A DNA stretch of 64,000 bases from Dicyema japonicum (lineage: Eukaryota; Animalia; Dicyemida). Position numbers and translations under genes: made by a program. Every line of letters begins with the position of its first letter. The first letter of the stretch is position 1. The DNA is taken from positions 846,552 to 910,551 of the forward strand of contig RDEW01000012.1 of NCBI GenBank assembly GCA_011109175.1, given 5' to 3'. Below the pieces are notes generated by a model, which saw only the letters and a program-made list of their open reading frames with translations, was not told the DNA's origin and made no database searches. Below are positions 25,640 through 38,869 of the stretch, one piece after another.

Positions 25640-27660
25640 TTCTCGGTAAGGATGCGTATGGAAACACGGAAACACTTTATTCAGCAGGAATGAGGAGTTA
25701 GTTTGGAGGTTTTTAAAGAGTCCGCCTATGCGGCCTAGACTCTTCGATGCTCATCTCAATTTTAATTTCTTCCTAGCGTCGGATCCCCTTGATCTTCTTC
25801 TCCACAATATTTTTCACTGGTGCAAGAATCTTGTCTTCTTCCGTGCTTAGGACATCAAACAGCTTTTTCCTGAGGCCAACTTTATTGCTGACCTTCTCGA
25901 CTTTTCCATGAGTAACATTATTCTATTCTTTTGGCAAGAGAAAAACCACGCTTCACACCCGTATAGTAGCTCTGGTAGGATAATCCTCATGAGATAAACA
26001 GGAAGATTTCCAAGCTTACGGATAGCTTCCTTGTACAGAAAAGCGCTTGTAGCGCTTTCTTCCTTCTTCGTCTGATATCTTCCATGAAGGAACCTTCTCC
26101 ATCGATGACTATCCCGAGGTAGCGAAGTAAATTCACTTTTGGGATGCTAAGTGAATAAGACTGTGCACGATGCCTTCGTAGGCGACTGACTCTCATATGG
26201 CTCGATTTCTCGGTAGAGAGTGTCATCCCTCTCTTGGATCACCAGTCCTGAACTTGATCAACGAATAGCCTGATTCTATTTTCCAATAAAGTGGATTTGC
26301 AGAAGTATCCATGATTAGAATGTCATCCGCGTATATCAACATCTTGGTGTTCATATCTGGTGGAATGGGGAAGTCTGAAAAATATATTGAATAACAGCGG
26401 GCTCAAGATAGAGCCCTGTGGAATTCCCCTCTTCAATGAAAAATCTTTTGACATATATGGTCCGACACGTATTCGGAAGTTCGTTCCGTTAAAAAGTTCT
26501 TTATCCATATGAAGTGTTTCTTATGGATATTCGCAGCTGCTAGCCTTGATTGGAGGTCTGAAGCCCCATTGTTCCGCGAGGAGGAATCCACTCTCTTCTA
26601 TGTGCTCGTTCAGCATCTTGATGATAATTCGCTCAGCAATTTTGGATATAGAGCAAATGAGGCTGATCGGTCTATAGTTGAGAGTGTTCCTCCTCGACTT
26701 TACCGGTTTGAGTAACATTCTGATAATAGGACATTTCCATCGTATTGGGACATATCCATGAGTAATACTCGCATTACATAAATTCCTCAGCACAAGCACC
26801 AGATCATCAGGCCCTTCCTTGAACAATCTCATACTTATATGATCATGTCCAGGGGCGTTGGTCTTGCATGTTCTGATCGCATTTATAACGTCCTCTGTCG
26901 TTATCTCCATTTCGGTATCATTAAGATCATCCAGAGAGTAGGTTAGAGTTCTTCTGTAGCTTTCAACTTTTCCCCTGAAAGTACCTCCATTGGGTTGACC
27001 CCCTGGATTTCCTCCAGTTGCTTCTTAAAGATAGCTAGAGCTTTTTCCATAGAGCATGATCCTCCTTCTGGTTTGGACAAAGAGATTTTTGTATCTTTCA
27101 TGTTCTGGCCAGTTAATCTCTTGTAGAACTTCCAGAACTAGGGGTCTCTCGTATTTGGTTTTCTAGCCTCGTTCCTCAAATGTTGTTCTTGGGACAGTCT
27201 TGTTCCCTCTTCAATGATTTTTTTGATTATTTTTAGATGGTCGGTCAGTGCAATCCGGTCCATCCGGTCAAAACATCTTCTGAGTTTGTTCCTTATGCGG
27301 TTTCTTTCATTTATCATAGATAATGTATGAGGGGAGAGATTGATGCTCTTCCCATGATTGGTCTTTGAAATTTTCCTCCTTGCGTAAAGTGATAAGTATC
27401 TCTCCATCATAATTGACAGGTCCCTGTCTATGTTGTCAATATCATTTCGGGAATAAGGTCCATCCTTCCAGTTTTTGAGGTTTCTAGATATGTATCTTCT
27501 ATAGTGCTCGCAATTTACTCTCGTAACCTGTAAACACTGAGTCCATGGAGTCTGGAGCTAGGTTCAAGTACTTCGCAGGGGCACAGTCGCCTCTATCATA
27601 TTTTCTAAGTTTCTGGGCAGGTTTCCACACGGGAAGATTTTCTTAGTAGGTTTGCTGCAT
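25640..27660 (-). mobile_element. APE-type LINE ORF2 (RT), decayed with internal deletion
   Basis: APGHDHI, NYRPISL, EQWGFR, GIPQGSILSPLLFNI, YADD and YLGIVID motifs in order, with frameshifts. Confidence 0.92.
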
Positions 27661-27684
27661 TCGAATGTTGCAGATTTCTTTGTT

Positions 27685-28140
27685 ATTTATTTAATAACCC
27701 GAAAAGGGAACACCAAAAAAGAAGGAGTAAACCAACTAATTAAGTGATCCCGGTACGCCTCAACAGGATCGAGAGGTTTTTCCTATGTTCCTCCAGAGTA
27801 CCCACGGCTTTCCTGAATAGACGACGATCATCTTTCATTAGAGTTTGAAGAGGGGTGGGTTTTTTCCCCAAATTTCGTGTATTTGAGGCCTCTAGCCTTG
27901 AATAGAAGAAACGACTTGTTTCTTGGCCACACAGAGCGATGAAGCCGGAGCCATTATTTTTGATTGCGGCGTGGTCAAGCATTGGGGGAAAAGATCGAGG
28001 GTAGATTCGTTAGACGTGCCAGTTTGCCAATTAGGAATTGATCTTGAATGAATTTGATATCGAAGCTCCATAGGCCCATGAGGCACAAGCATACTCTATC
28101 GTCGGTTTAGGAGTTGATTGAACAAGACGACAGCGCATTC
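27685..28140 (-). mobile_element. LINE 3' fragment, ...LRRTGIT* family
   Basis: ORF 27740-27982 is highly similar to 50200-50440 and its copies. A-rich tail. Confidence 0.8.
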
Positions 28141-28419
28141 CTGTGACGGCCTGGACTTCAAGAGCGGTTTGATTATATTTAGTTTCCTGAGTTATATTTA
28201 GTTTCCTTGTTAAAAATTTTCATGGACCACTTCTAAACATACTTAAGGTTAAATCAAATTAAAAAAAAATTTTACATGTTAGTATATATATAATTAATTT
28301 AATTAAATTAATTTAAATATTTTATGAACATATTCGAATATTTCCTATTTACATATTTTTATATTTAGTACACAATTTTTAAAGACTGTATCTTTTTAGA
28401 TTGTAAGAATGTCGGAAAC

Positions 28420-29330
28420 AACTGCTAAAAGGACAAAAATTAGGAATTACCATGAAGATTTTATTCTGTTTGGCTTTGTGCCTGTAGACTTAAAACCTAC
28501 TTGCCTTTAATGTTCTGCCATCTTGACTAACGATTCCATAAAGTCAAACTTGAGCAGCACCAGAAGTCAGAGTATTCATTGTCTTTTGGTAAAGATATTG
28601 AATTTTTTGAGTCAAACTATTTGATTTTTTAAAGAAAATGAATACTACAAATGCCTTCAAACCAAGTTATTTTGTCTCCGAAATTATTTCCATGATTGGA
28701 GCACCTCAGGTTTATGGGAGAAGCTTTAAAAGATGTTGCTATAAGTAAAATTCCCCCTTCAAAGAATACAAGTAGACAGGATGAAATGTCTAATTTCGTT
28801 GAGGAAAAGATATTCGGAATTTTGCGAAAGATAAGTTTCTATGCAGGTTGACTAGATCACAATTCATAACGAAACCATCCTTCTTGTCTAGATTTATCCA
28901 TGAAGATGATATGTTGTTCATTTAAAGTTTGCTGACACTATGTGGAGAAGATGCATTCAATGAAGTAATGCATTGCTACATGCACTGCTTATCTTGATGG
29001 TCTTATTGTAGACGTTGAGAGAAGATTTAATCACCTTTTAAATATGGATTATCCACTCTGGTTTGCGGACCTAAAAATTATGAACCAGGAAATGAAAATT
29101 CTGAGTGAAATTCTGTTGGATTTGAAAGAAAATGTGAAACCAATAACAAGAGTTGACAAAAGTGTCACTGCCTACATATTAATTAAGACTCACCTAAATG
29201 TTTCCAGAATAGTAAACATGCATAATTTCTTTCCCTAACACAAGGATGGTCGAATCTGGCCATTTAGCTGTTTTAGATGTTTTTAGTAAAAAACGAAACG
29301 CGACCTAGTAGTCAAGACGAATTAATTTGC
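28420..29330 (+). mobile_element. Heavily degraded hAT (Buster/ZBED5-like) transposase
   Basis: NYHEDFILFGF...PTCL.C..LTNDS (BED-like start) and KIPLSKNT-like segment in shifted frames. Confidence 0.55.
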
Positions 29331-29339
29331 AGATGACTG

Positions 29340-29950
29340 GGTAACTGACTTGAGATGAGTGGATGTTAACATCATTTCGTTGTAATGACATGGAAGAGAG
29401 ATAATCTTATAAAATTTAGTGGGGATTAAGATGAGAGTCTTTAAGTGTATGTTTACGGGGTAACTTGATATTCAGTCATGTATACTTTTTCTCCAGGTTT
29501 GGTCTTTTGGAGGAGATAGTATTTTCCTGAGTGTTCTTGGAGATCATTGGATGTTCTCATTATGTGTCTGCGGTTAGTGATGTATGTTCTCATTAAGTAA
29601 TGCGAAAGTTAGGTGGTTTAGGTCAACCGATTGTCTGAGATATTATAAGCTCCTCATTTCAAGATGGGGATCTAAAGGCAGGGTTTTCGACTTCCAGTGT
29701 AGGTAACCAATGGGAGATGATTTTAGAGTGCCCGTTACCGCTCTCAGTGCTGAATTTTGGAATCTGCTGCATATTTTGTAGGAGGGAAAGTGATATATTA
29801 TTGAGCCCAGTTTTAAGAGGAATAATTCAGTGTCGTCTTGATGAATTGTTTGTACAGGAGCGGTAGACTCTTTTTGTTGGTCGTTCGAGTGAACAGCTAC
29901 TGCTCGAAGCATGTTTGATGTCCTCTTTGCTTTATGGGAATTGACTCACC
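29340..29950 (-). mobile_element. LINE (I/Jockey-like) ORF2 C-terminal fragment
   Basis: FQNSALRAVTGTLKSSPIGYLH matches the QN.ALR.ITG...TP motif downstream of RT. Confidence 0.65.
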
Positions 29951-30824
29951 TATGGTAATTTAAAAATTAGTGATATTATTATTTATTCATTATTTTTTTA
30001 AAAATAAATAACAGTGATATTCATAGTGCCCATTTGACATGGTTACAACATTCACATGATCGCAAATGTGCCGGAACACAGTCTGAACACCAGTAAAGGA
30101 TGTAAAGGCTACTGAGGGAGGCCGGATCACCTGAATTTTCTCATTCTGGCTATGATGGTGGTTTTTGGTTAATAAATTTAATTTAACACATGATGAAATA
30201 CTGCACACATACGTGACGCAGGCTACACACACGTTATCTAATTAATAACTAATTCAGAGAATGACTAACACTACTCCCATCTCTTACCCAAGCAACATTT
30301 ATGGTATACAGTCATCCACACAGGTTACTTTAACCCAGTAAACAACAGCGGTAACTTTTCTTTATTGCATGATTACACAAAAGCTTACATGTGATTTGAC
30401 TGCAAAATCAAAACCACAAAATTAATTCATCAGAAAATATTCAAAATAAAAAAATCTAGTTTTTTTATTATCATTTCTTTGTCATCAAAATAGTTGATTG
30501 GTTCAGGTAATCCAAAATAACAAGATGAGACTGTTTGCGTATCCAGTGGAAGATTTGCACTCAATTAGGTCCAGAATTCGACATTCTGGCAATAAAATTA
30601 ACAACCCCCTGTTTCATTATTCAATGCCTCCCAAGAACGAAAGGTTCCACCGTGAAGACACAAGTGTACTCTAAACTAGACTACATTTTACCAGAGCAGC
30701 GTTAATTACTAAGCTAGCTGGCACTGTAAGGCTAAATTCATAGGTAATCCCTATAAACGACTACTAACAAATCCTTTAAATCGAGGATTAGAAAGTTAGC
30801 AACCAAGAAAGAAACTGTTAGCAG

Positions 30825-32245
30825 TTAAATTAAGATGAGGATCAGCAGGCAAATAAAAGCCAGTGGATATGATAGCTCAAATCTATGTTGGATGCCCTTG
30901 CTGTGACTCGTAGCATTATACTTTATGTGACAAAATATTCTACCTTCTTTAGCCCCAACCCTTCATGCACAGCAGCAATCAGGGGACTTTCCCCATTGTT
31001 GCACTCATTTCCAGAAAAATCGTCATAATCCAACGTCCAGACGAACATCCCAGCTAGTCCTTTACTTTCCACGTAATTTGCCTTATTTTAGTTAACCTTA
31101 TACCTTCTCCCGAATGCTCTGGGGGGTTTCATACCCCAACCAATAATAGTCCTTAACTCCATGTGCGGCTTTTTGTGTGTCGTTCCATACATTCCGGTAG
31201 TCCTCGTTGCAGTACTAAAATAAACTCTGTTTGATACTTCAAAGTAAGCCAATTTCCCGCGAAGATGTAGAATGCTTCCTGGGGCAGTCGTGTCGACCAC
31301 CGAGTCCCCTATTTGTGGATTCTTGGTGGTAGTTTTGTATCCGCGAGCATAAGTTGGAACTCCAATAACAATTTTGGACAGAGGAGCCCCGTTGGAGTTC
31401 CAATATTCGACAGAAGAGTCCTTAGATATTTTATGGTTAATACAGCACACAGTTGGTCATCATTGTTGAGGCAAAAGAGCCCGGAAGGATGGCGAACGAC
31501 TTTCGAAGACTCATTGTAGTAGTCATAAGTCTTAATGTTAATGTAGTCGAGGTATCTTCTATCACGGATAATACGGCTACTTGGAGATATTCCGGATCTC
31601 ATAAAGCCTCGTAGAATTGTTTGCTGAAACAAACGCAGTCAGCAAATATGTCCCCGAACTGTCCCTTTTGAATTCCTCACTCAGAGTCTCCGAGTTATTC
31701 CAATTTTACCTTTAAAAAGAGCGTATAAATTGTCTTGTTTCTCGGATACTCCCAGTTTATGTCCAATCCGTCGAAATTGTATTTCTTCAAATACTCTCTT
31801 GCGTTTGAGGCGAATAGTGCTCTGTTTGTCTCATTCTTTAATTTTCTGATAAGTTCGTCGTTCCCCCGAATCGAGAGCAGGACTTTTAGGTCAGAATTCT
31901 TATTCTTCAGTGAAGTGACCTTGTTGTAGTTGTCGAATCCAACTATCTTATAAATGTTTGCATACTCGCAAGGTCAGACTGGGGATTACTCGAGAGGAGG
32001 GTAAGGGTATCTGGTCTAATATTCGCGAAGGCGTATATTATGTGGGTGCAGAGATGGGGGTTCATATTATCGGCCACATACTTCGCGTTCCCGGGTCTGT
32101 AAATAGCCCAGTTTGTGTAGTAACAGAATAATGCATTGCCTAAATGAAAAATACTGTGAACTCTTCTCAGCCGTGGTGTTGGATAGTTGAATCTACAATT
32201 GTTTTACAAAATTACAGAAAATAAAATCAAATAAAAAAATAGCAT
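30825..32245 (-). CDS. GH18 chitinase-like protein with signal peptide and C-terminal hydrophobic tail, 9 introns of 22-25 nt
   Basis: CYYTNWAIYR, LCTHIIYAFA, FDGLDINWEYP, TYDY, SKIVIGVPTYAR and GMFVWTLDYDDF. Introns: 32193-32215, 32140-32161, 31943-31965, 31688-31709, 31556-31580, 31421-31443, 31215-31237, 31082-31103, 30921-30943. The spliced CDS is open. Confidence 0.92.
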
Positions 32246-34606
32246 CTAAATAGCATAAAAAACAATTTTATTTCAAAATTGGTTAACCAACATAGAAATT
32301 TACAGACAAAAATCACTAAAGACGCACTTGAAGCTCAAAATTAACTTATGAACCGGGAAAATGCTAAGAAAAATAACTTCTATAAGTTCTGAATGAAGAG
32401 AGTCCAAAATCAACGAGAATTGCCAAATAGATAGCAGGTTTATTACTTTATCAAACAAGTTGAGGTTTAGGACTGTCGGAGGTATGACCTTCTTGCAAGA
32501 GAGTTCTCTCTTTTCTACAACTGTAAGTAAAGACTAGTCTGCAGGTGGAGTCGTCTGATAATGCTCCAAGAATTATATGGATTGGTTATCCGTCGATAAG
32601 CTACAAGGGCTTACATCGGATCAGTCGTGTTGAAGAGAACTCTTGAAAGTATGGTGGCTGTGCACAAGCAAGGGATTGAGATCATTGATGAAGATTTCAT
32701 TTGTGCTTCAAACCAACTTTTGGAGCAGGAATCTGCTAATTGTGAGGACATGACTGATTCTAATGTGGAAAAAAGGATAAGGATGACTTCATAAACTTTG
32801 AATTGTTTTAGTCGTGAGAGCGAAGTAGAGTACTTCTGTAGTGGCTTAGTGATTGTAGTTTGAAGTGGTCGATCTTATTTAGATTTGATTTAGACAGGTA
32901 AATTATAAATAAATATAGATCTTTTCCACAGAAAACCACAACTTACTGAAGGAAATAAATTTTAATAAATCAGAAAACCACAACTTACTGAAGGAAATAA
33001 ATTTTCAAATATGTTAATGTCAAATATTTCGTCATAATAAAAAATTCAAATATCTAACAAATAGTAAGCAGTTTAAAAAGTTTGTGGTATGTGGTTTATT
33101 AATTGAATTTTCATGCTAACGTGACGGAAGTGGTTTCTGTATGCTAATTTCATCATAGTTTATGATATTTTCAGATATTTTGATTAGACAGAGCATGTGG
33201 ATTCATGTTATCGGCATCAGTCCTTGATTTCTTTTACATTCACTAATACTTATTCTGACCCATAGGCTGGCATCAAACTTGATTTAAAGAAGGAGTCGAA
33301 AGTAGTGCCTCACAAATAAAGGTTATTATATTGTGGCATCAGCTACCTGATAAATTCTCTGTACAGATAAGAGGTAAAAGTAGATTTGTCGTAAACTTGC
33401 TCCCAAGCAGGTGGAGAAGGTTAAAGGAAGAGTTCTCGATTACTTCACGTTCCACACAATTGCTGTCATGACAACTGGAGTGATAATATGAGGTCTCTGT
33501 CTTCATGAGTGGGACATCTGGCCACACTCAGAACCCGTAAAATCTGAGAACCCAAGGAATACTTCCAATGGATCTCAATAGCCATTGCAAGAGGTGACAC
33601 TGCGTCGGGGATAACTAATCAACACAACTTCCGATTACTTGATGATGGCAATTCCAAGGACCTGAGAGAACCATTAAAGTAAACTGGGTCTAAGAGTCTC
33701 GTCGCTATTGGACTCCCAATTCCATCGATAACTCCTTCAATTTTCCAACCGTTCCAGAGGTTTTGAAGGCGATCGGGATGAAACGGTAGCGGTCTCTGAC
33801 AGTGAGTGTTGATGCACGTCAGATTTTAGAATAGAGATCTCCCATGTGAAAATGGTAATTTCGTACGGTCTCTTCTTATCTCCGCGATCAAGTCTCTAGT
33901 TAAACGAGCAGTTCCTGCATATGAATTGAATACATACCTGAAGGTATATGGAATGGTAAGGTTGCAAAGGCTAGATTAGTGGTTATGACCAAACTCCCAG
34001 TAGTAAATTCCGATATATTTGAATCAAGAAGTATTTCCAAATCTAATTATGCTCAAGAATTAATGAAGTGAATAATTTAGTTTTGTTACAAGAAATAACT
34101 AAAGAATTTACTTAACGTTGATTCAGTAATAAGTCGGGAACAGGCATACCAATATCCCATAGAATTAACAAGACAGAAGAAGACCATTCCTTTTATTTTA
34201 AATGAAGTGGCCTTTAAGTTCAAGGGGTTAAAACAGTTTTAATGACTAGCAATAACTCCCAGGAATATAGAGGATGCAATAGTATGGAAATAATGTATAT
34301 AAGGAAGAAAGACTACAAATATTGTATATTGATCAGGCATTAAGATAAAAATAGTACAGTAAACTGAATTACAGTTGTAATTTGAAGGTCAATTCGTATG
34401 TCTGAACTGTGAGCGAAGAGCATACCTGAAGGTATTCACTATAACATTTGTTCATGGAGTTGTATTTCACAAAGAATTAAAAATTGATATGTTAATTATT
34501 GAATGTCGTAGATTATTAATATTCAAAATCAGTAAGGAATTAATTAAACTGAATAAATTAACAAACTCTTATTAACCAAATCCTTATATCCTATAGTCAA
34601 CTACCA

Positions 34607-35393
34607 TTATCTGCCACAAATACCAAGCAGGTTGTTTGGGTCTGATATTTTACTACAAACTGAAATAATATTTATAATTACGTAAACGACTGGCCGGTTG
34701 GTTGTCCATACTAATTATATTAATATCACACAAATACATTTCACCATTTCGGTTGATTTTAATCGTATTCCCTTCGATAGATTTATGTCTAAGCTATACA
34801 TGACTTTATACGCTTTTGGTATGCCCATAGCATCAACACACAATATGTCGACACTAATTTAATATTAAAAATACTTATGTAATGCAACAGAATCAGAAAT
34901 CGTCATAAATAATTGTACTGTTGATGAAATAGGAAAATCACTATAAATTAATAAAATAACTTACACAGCATAGAGCCTCTCCATTAAAATTGCAAAGTCT
35001 GTGCTAATATACATTAATCTGAAACATTCGGCGAGATATCTATCATTTTCAAAATATAATACAAATATTCACTACTGAGTGGTAGAGTAGTAGAAGTGAT
35101 GACTTTAATGATATGATCAACCTTACACGCACTATAATGATTAATATTGTAATACAAAAATTTAGCATTTAGCATTTGAAGTGAAAAAGTAGCTCCATCG
35201 GGTACACTAATGTTCTCAGCATAAACGAAATTTATTTGTTCTCTGTAGGTGAGATCTTCAAATACACAGTGCTCCAAATATCTGTGAATGATTTTGAATA
35301 ATACAAATTGTTATCCGTGATAATTTTAGAGTTACACCCTTCCATCATTTTTGAGCAGTGAAAAACTGCTATGAAGATAATGAGATTGTACAT
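34607..35393 (-). CDS. Secreted Cys-rich, degenerate-LRR-like protein, 199 aa, 8 introns (paralog P2)
   Basis: Fully open 600-nt spliced CDS. Introns: 35282-35304, 35132-35155, 35040-35062, 34941-34964, 34854-34874, 34789-34811, 34711-34737, 34660-34681. Starts MYNLIIFIAVFHCS and ends LLGICGR*. Confidence 0.8.
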
Positions 35394-35539
35394 ACAAAAT
35401 CATATAAATTTAAGAGATCTGCGCATATAAACCTGTAAATTAATTCAAATTTATTTTAAATTTAAAATGAATTAATTCAAATTTATAAATTAATTCAAAT
35501 TTATTTTAAATTTAACTAAAATCTCTTCCTTATTTAACT

Positions 35540-36360
35540 TAACCATATGTTTTCTTATAGTTTCGATGTTTGTTGTAGCGTGGTGTTATGTGGTCTACCA
35601 ATTAAAAAAATAAAAAGGATTTGGCAACGCCCAGAGGGCTTTTATCGCCCTCCGAAAAGGACCATTAGACCCTTTCCTCCCGGGGTCATCATCGACCCCC
35701 CGGCGATGTGCTACAAAAATGTTAAAACATTCTTGGCGAACACCCTCAGACCACTGTGGAGAAAGGAAATTTACTGCTCTCCAATTGAACATCAACGAAA
35801 TTAAGCTCAGGGAACTCCGTTCAATCCTGGAAAATCAGAAGATCGACGTGGGCATTGAAAATCCCCTTCACCAAATGTCAAAAGATCCTAGGCGTGACAC
35901 TGGATACACACTTATGTTTGTCACCACACGTGGCATTGTTCTGAAGTGAGAGAAGAAGATCAATGTATTAAAATGTTTATCTGGAATATGGAAGACAGGT
36001 ACCCATCCGGTCTTGATGAACCATGTTTCTCGTACACGTGTGCTTTCGTGGGGACCTTCATTTTCATGGACGAACACTAAGAAAATCGAGGACGTTCAAA
36101 AGAAGGCTTTCAGAATGACGGAGCGGTGGTCTTGTGGGAGACACAGAACCGACCGACTACTCTGGAGGCCCTTATTAAACAAAAACTCCGGCATGCGGGA
36201 AAATGGTCCTGCAAATACAGTCAGCCGCCCAGTACGAACTTGTGTGGGTACGAGGGAGGAGCACCGGGAAAGAATGAGGATTTCGGCGGAACGCATCGGG
36301 ATCACGTGATAGTTAGTTTTGGTTTTACCGTGGTTTTGGGTGTTAAATAAATAATTTCGA
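35540..36360 (+). mobile_element. Short LINE derivative: structured 5' region + endonuclease start fused to ORF2 3' end
   Basis: LQLNINEIKLREL...IDV (APE N-terminus) lies ~200 bp before IEDVQKKAFR...RTCVGTREEH...RIGIT* and an A-rich tail. Confidence 0.65.
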
Positions 36361-37129
36361 TGTTGATTATATTATTAAACGTGGTCTTTAAGCCGCTGAT
36401 TTCCCTTCAGTCATCGAGTCGTTGGGACCGATCGAGGAAATGAGAAGACCAGGGGAGTTGACAATCTTCATAATTACAAATTGACATTCTCTCGTATGGG
36501 ATATCACTTGTGTTGATACGTTGCGACAAATACAACCTCAGACTGCCTGATACTGAATCTGCCATACAGAGGAAGCTGGATGAATATTCTACGCTTGGGA
36601 AAGGTTTCTGTATTGTCCCTATCATGCCTGGGTGTGACCTTTACTATCAGCTGAGTTCTATGGAAAATTGGAAGCGCAATCTTCTCAAAGCTGAGAATTA
36701 TCGGAGGACGCCGTCTTGGAATTGGCATCGTTCGCAGCAATTCCCACTGTTTCTTGACAAGTAGTGCCTGACTTGCATTTTACATTAAAAATATATTTCT
36801 AAAAATTGTTATCGCAACATAATTAATTGTTACTTCTCACGGTAACAGCGGAGATCAACTTAGAACGACATAACTTATGAAACATAGACTCCGAGACACA
36901 AGTCGAGACATAATGAATCTCACATTGTTCAACAAACCGCCTAGACTCGAGATTGTGAAAACTCTTAGTTGCATTAATGGATACCACTTGTATCAAAAAC
37001 CTGTCAAAGAAAACAACTAAACATAACGAATTTATGAGTATAACCTTAACATAAAATTTAGAATTAACGATTTATTAACAAAAGAGTTAAGGAGTTTTTT
37101 GAAGGGTATTACATCTGTGTTCTACCATA

Positions 37130-37560
37130 AGGCTAGGACTCCACACCTGGACCCTTCCTCCTTTTTTATTAATTTTTTTTCAGGACGTAAATTCCAGCTT
37201 TATATACGTGTTCTAGATCTTTGATCTCCTCCTGAAACCATTGATCCGATCCTACACAATCCTGCTAATCGGTTCTAAGAGCTTGTATTCGTCCTCTCTT
37301 AGACAGTCTTTTAGTTTCTTGTTTAAGGAGAGCTTGAGATCTTTTCCCTGTTCGAAGAGAAGAACCACCCCTCGCACCCATAAAGTAGACTAGGAAGAAT
37401 AACTCCCTTGAAGATAAACAGGTAGGTGTCGCGGCTAACGTGTAACTTCCGTGTACACAGTAGCGACAGAAAGGCTCTCTTTCTCCTTCTTTTTATGTCG
37501 TCCATGTAATCTCCTGCGTGTCCATAGTCGACCCCCAAATAGCGCAGAATGTGTGCATTG
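37130..37560 (-). mobile_element. LINE ORF2 C-terminal fragment
   Basis: YLGVDY...LCTRKLHVSRDTYLFIFKGVILPSLLYGCEGWF, related to the 25987-26226 region. Confidence 0.8.
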
Positions 37561-38869
37561 TTTACTCCCAGTTTGTAACATGATATAATTTACTAATCCA
37601 CACATCAGTAAATCATTATCCTAACTCTCATAGTTAAATCAGTATCAATAATGCGCCGAAGCACACGGAAAAAATATGCCGCTGGACGACCCGATTGGAA
37701 TCGTCCATACCGATAAACGACCCGCAGTGCAATGGGTGGCCTACCAGTAGATTTCCTGCCTGCATGATAACAAGAAAACCACGACCAGGTAAGTGAATTT
37801 TTTTCGAAAACGCAATCGTCCAAATTATTTCGATAATTAAAGTCAATAAGCTTGTTTGCGATACTTTAATATTTTATTTCTTAGCATATTTCCTTTAATA
37901 AATTAAATTTTTGCAAAGTTTTAATATTAAAAAAATTTACAATATTTTTATAATTTCAAAAAGTTAATAATAATCCATGGTCACACATAACCCAGAGGAA
38001 TAAAACCCTGATCGAAAGAAATACACTGTGAGATATCGACCGATGTCTATGAGATACGGAGATTATAGGCAGTCTCTATGAGGACCACAATAAATGTCGC
38101 TACAAATTCATGCGCCATATTGTTGATGGTCCAGAAGATTCTGACGATCTGGACGACTTGTGGTCTATGAGGTCACCGTCAGTGTTATTTCGGATTACGA
38201 AACATTTTATATTAGTAGACGACCCCCATCTCCATCTCACGTTGAGACCACTAGAGTTATTTTGACTATATATTAATTCAAGGTCCCATACGAGAGAACA
38301 TACGAGAGAATGTAAGCAGTGTGTACCTATGAACATTTTGCGTCCATTGCTTCCACATATAGTTGTGGGAACCCTTCCAAGAACTGATCAGTTGAGTGGG
38401 GGAGAGAAATTCTCTATTTTCCACATCGTCATCGCAATAGTATGACAAATGGATCGCAAGACTCCCCAGTAATAAACGGATGAAGAGAAATAGGAAACGA
38501 ATTGATGAGAACTTTTCTACCAAAAGCAAGTGGGGGAATCGAACCCACAAAAAATTTGTCATAGTAAGAAATAAATATAATTTCATGCAATCTAAAACTG
38601 GTAGATTTTATATTTTATTGTATAACCACGAGGCTTTAAATATGCATATATCCTTCTCTGATGTCATACGATTTATATTTATGAGGTTATGACAAGGACT
38701 CCTTAAATCACTTTATGTTTACCCATTCAGGGAGACCATAGAGACCATTGATTTGTTTCGGCCCCTTCTTTATTAAAACGGCCACTATCTGAGATAATTT
38801 AAAAAAATAAAATAAAATTTTAAAATAGTGAATAAATTTTTTTAGTGAAAGAAACTTTATTTAACCAAC

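Noticed and set aside
32930-33005. ~41-bp tandem duplication
   Set aside because: Simple slippage repeat with no further structure.
33933-34435. Two copies of the hairpin-like CATACCTGAAGGTAT
   Set aside because: Short and only two copies, with no shared flanks; cannot be assigned a function.
35014-35277. Glycosyltransferase-61-like look of EQINFVYAENISVPDGA
   Set aside because: The segment is exon 2 of paralog P2, and the P1 equivalent does not keep the motif.
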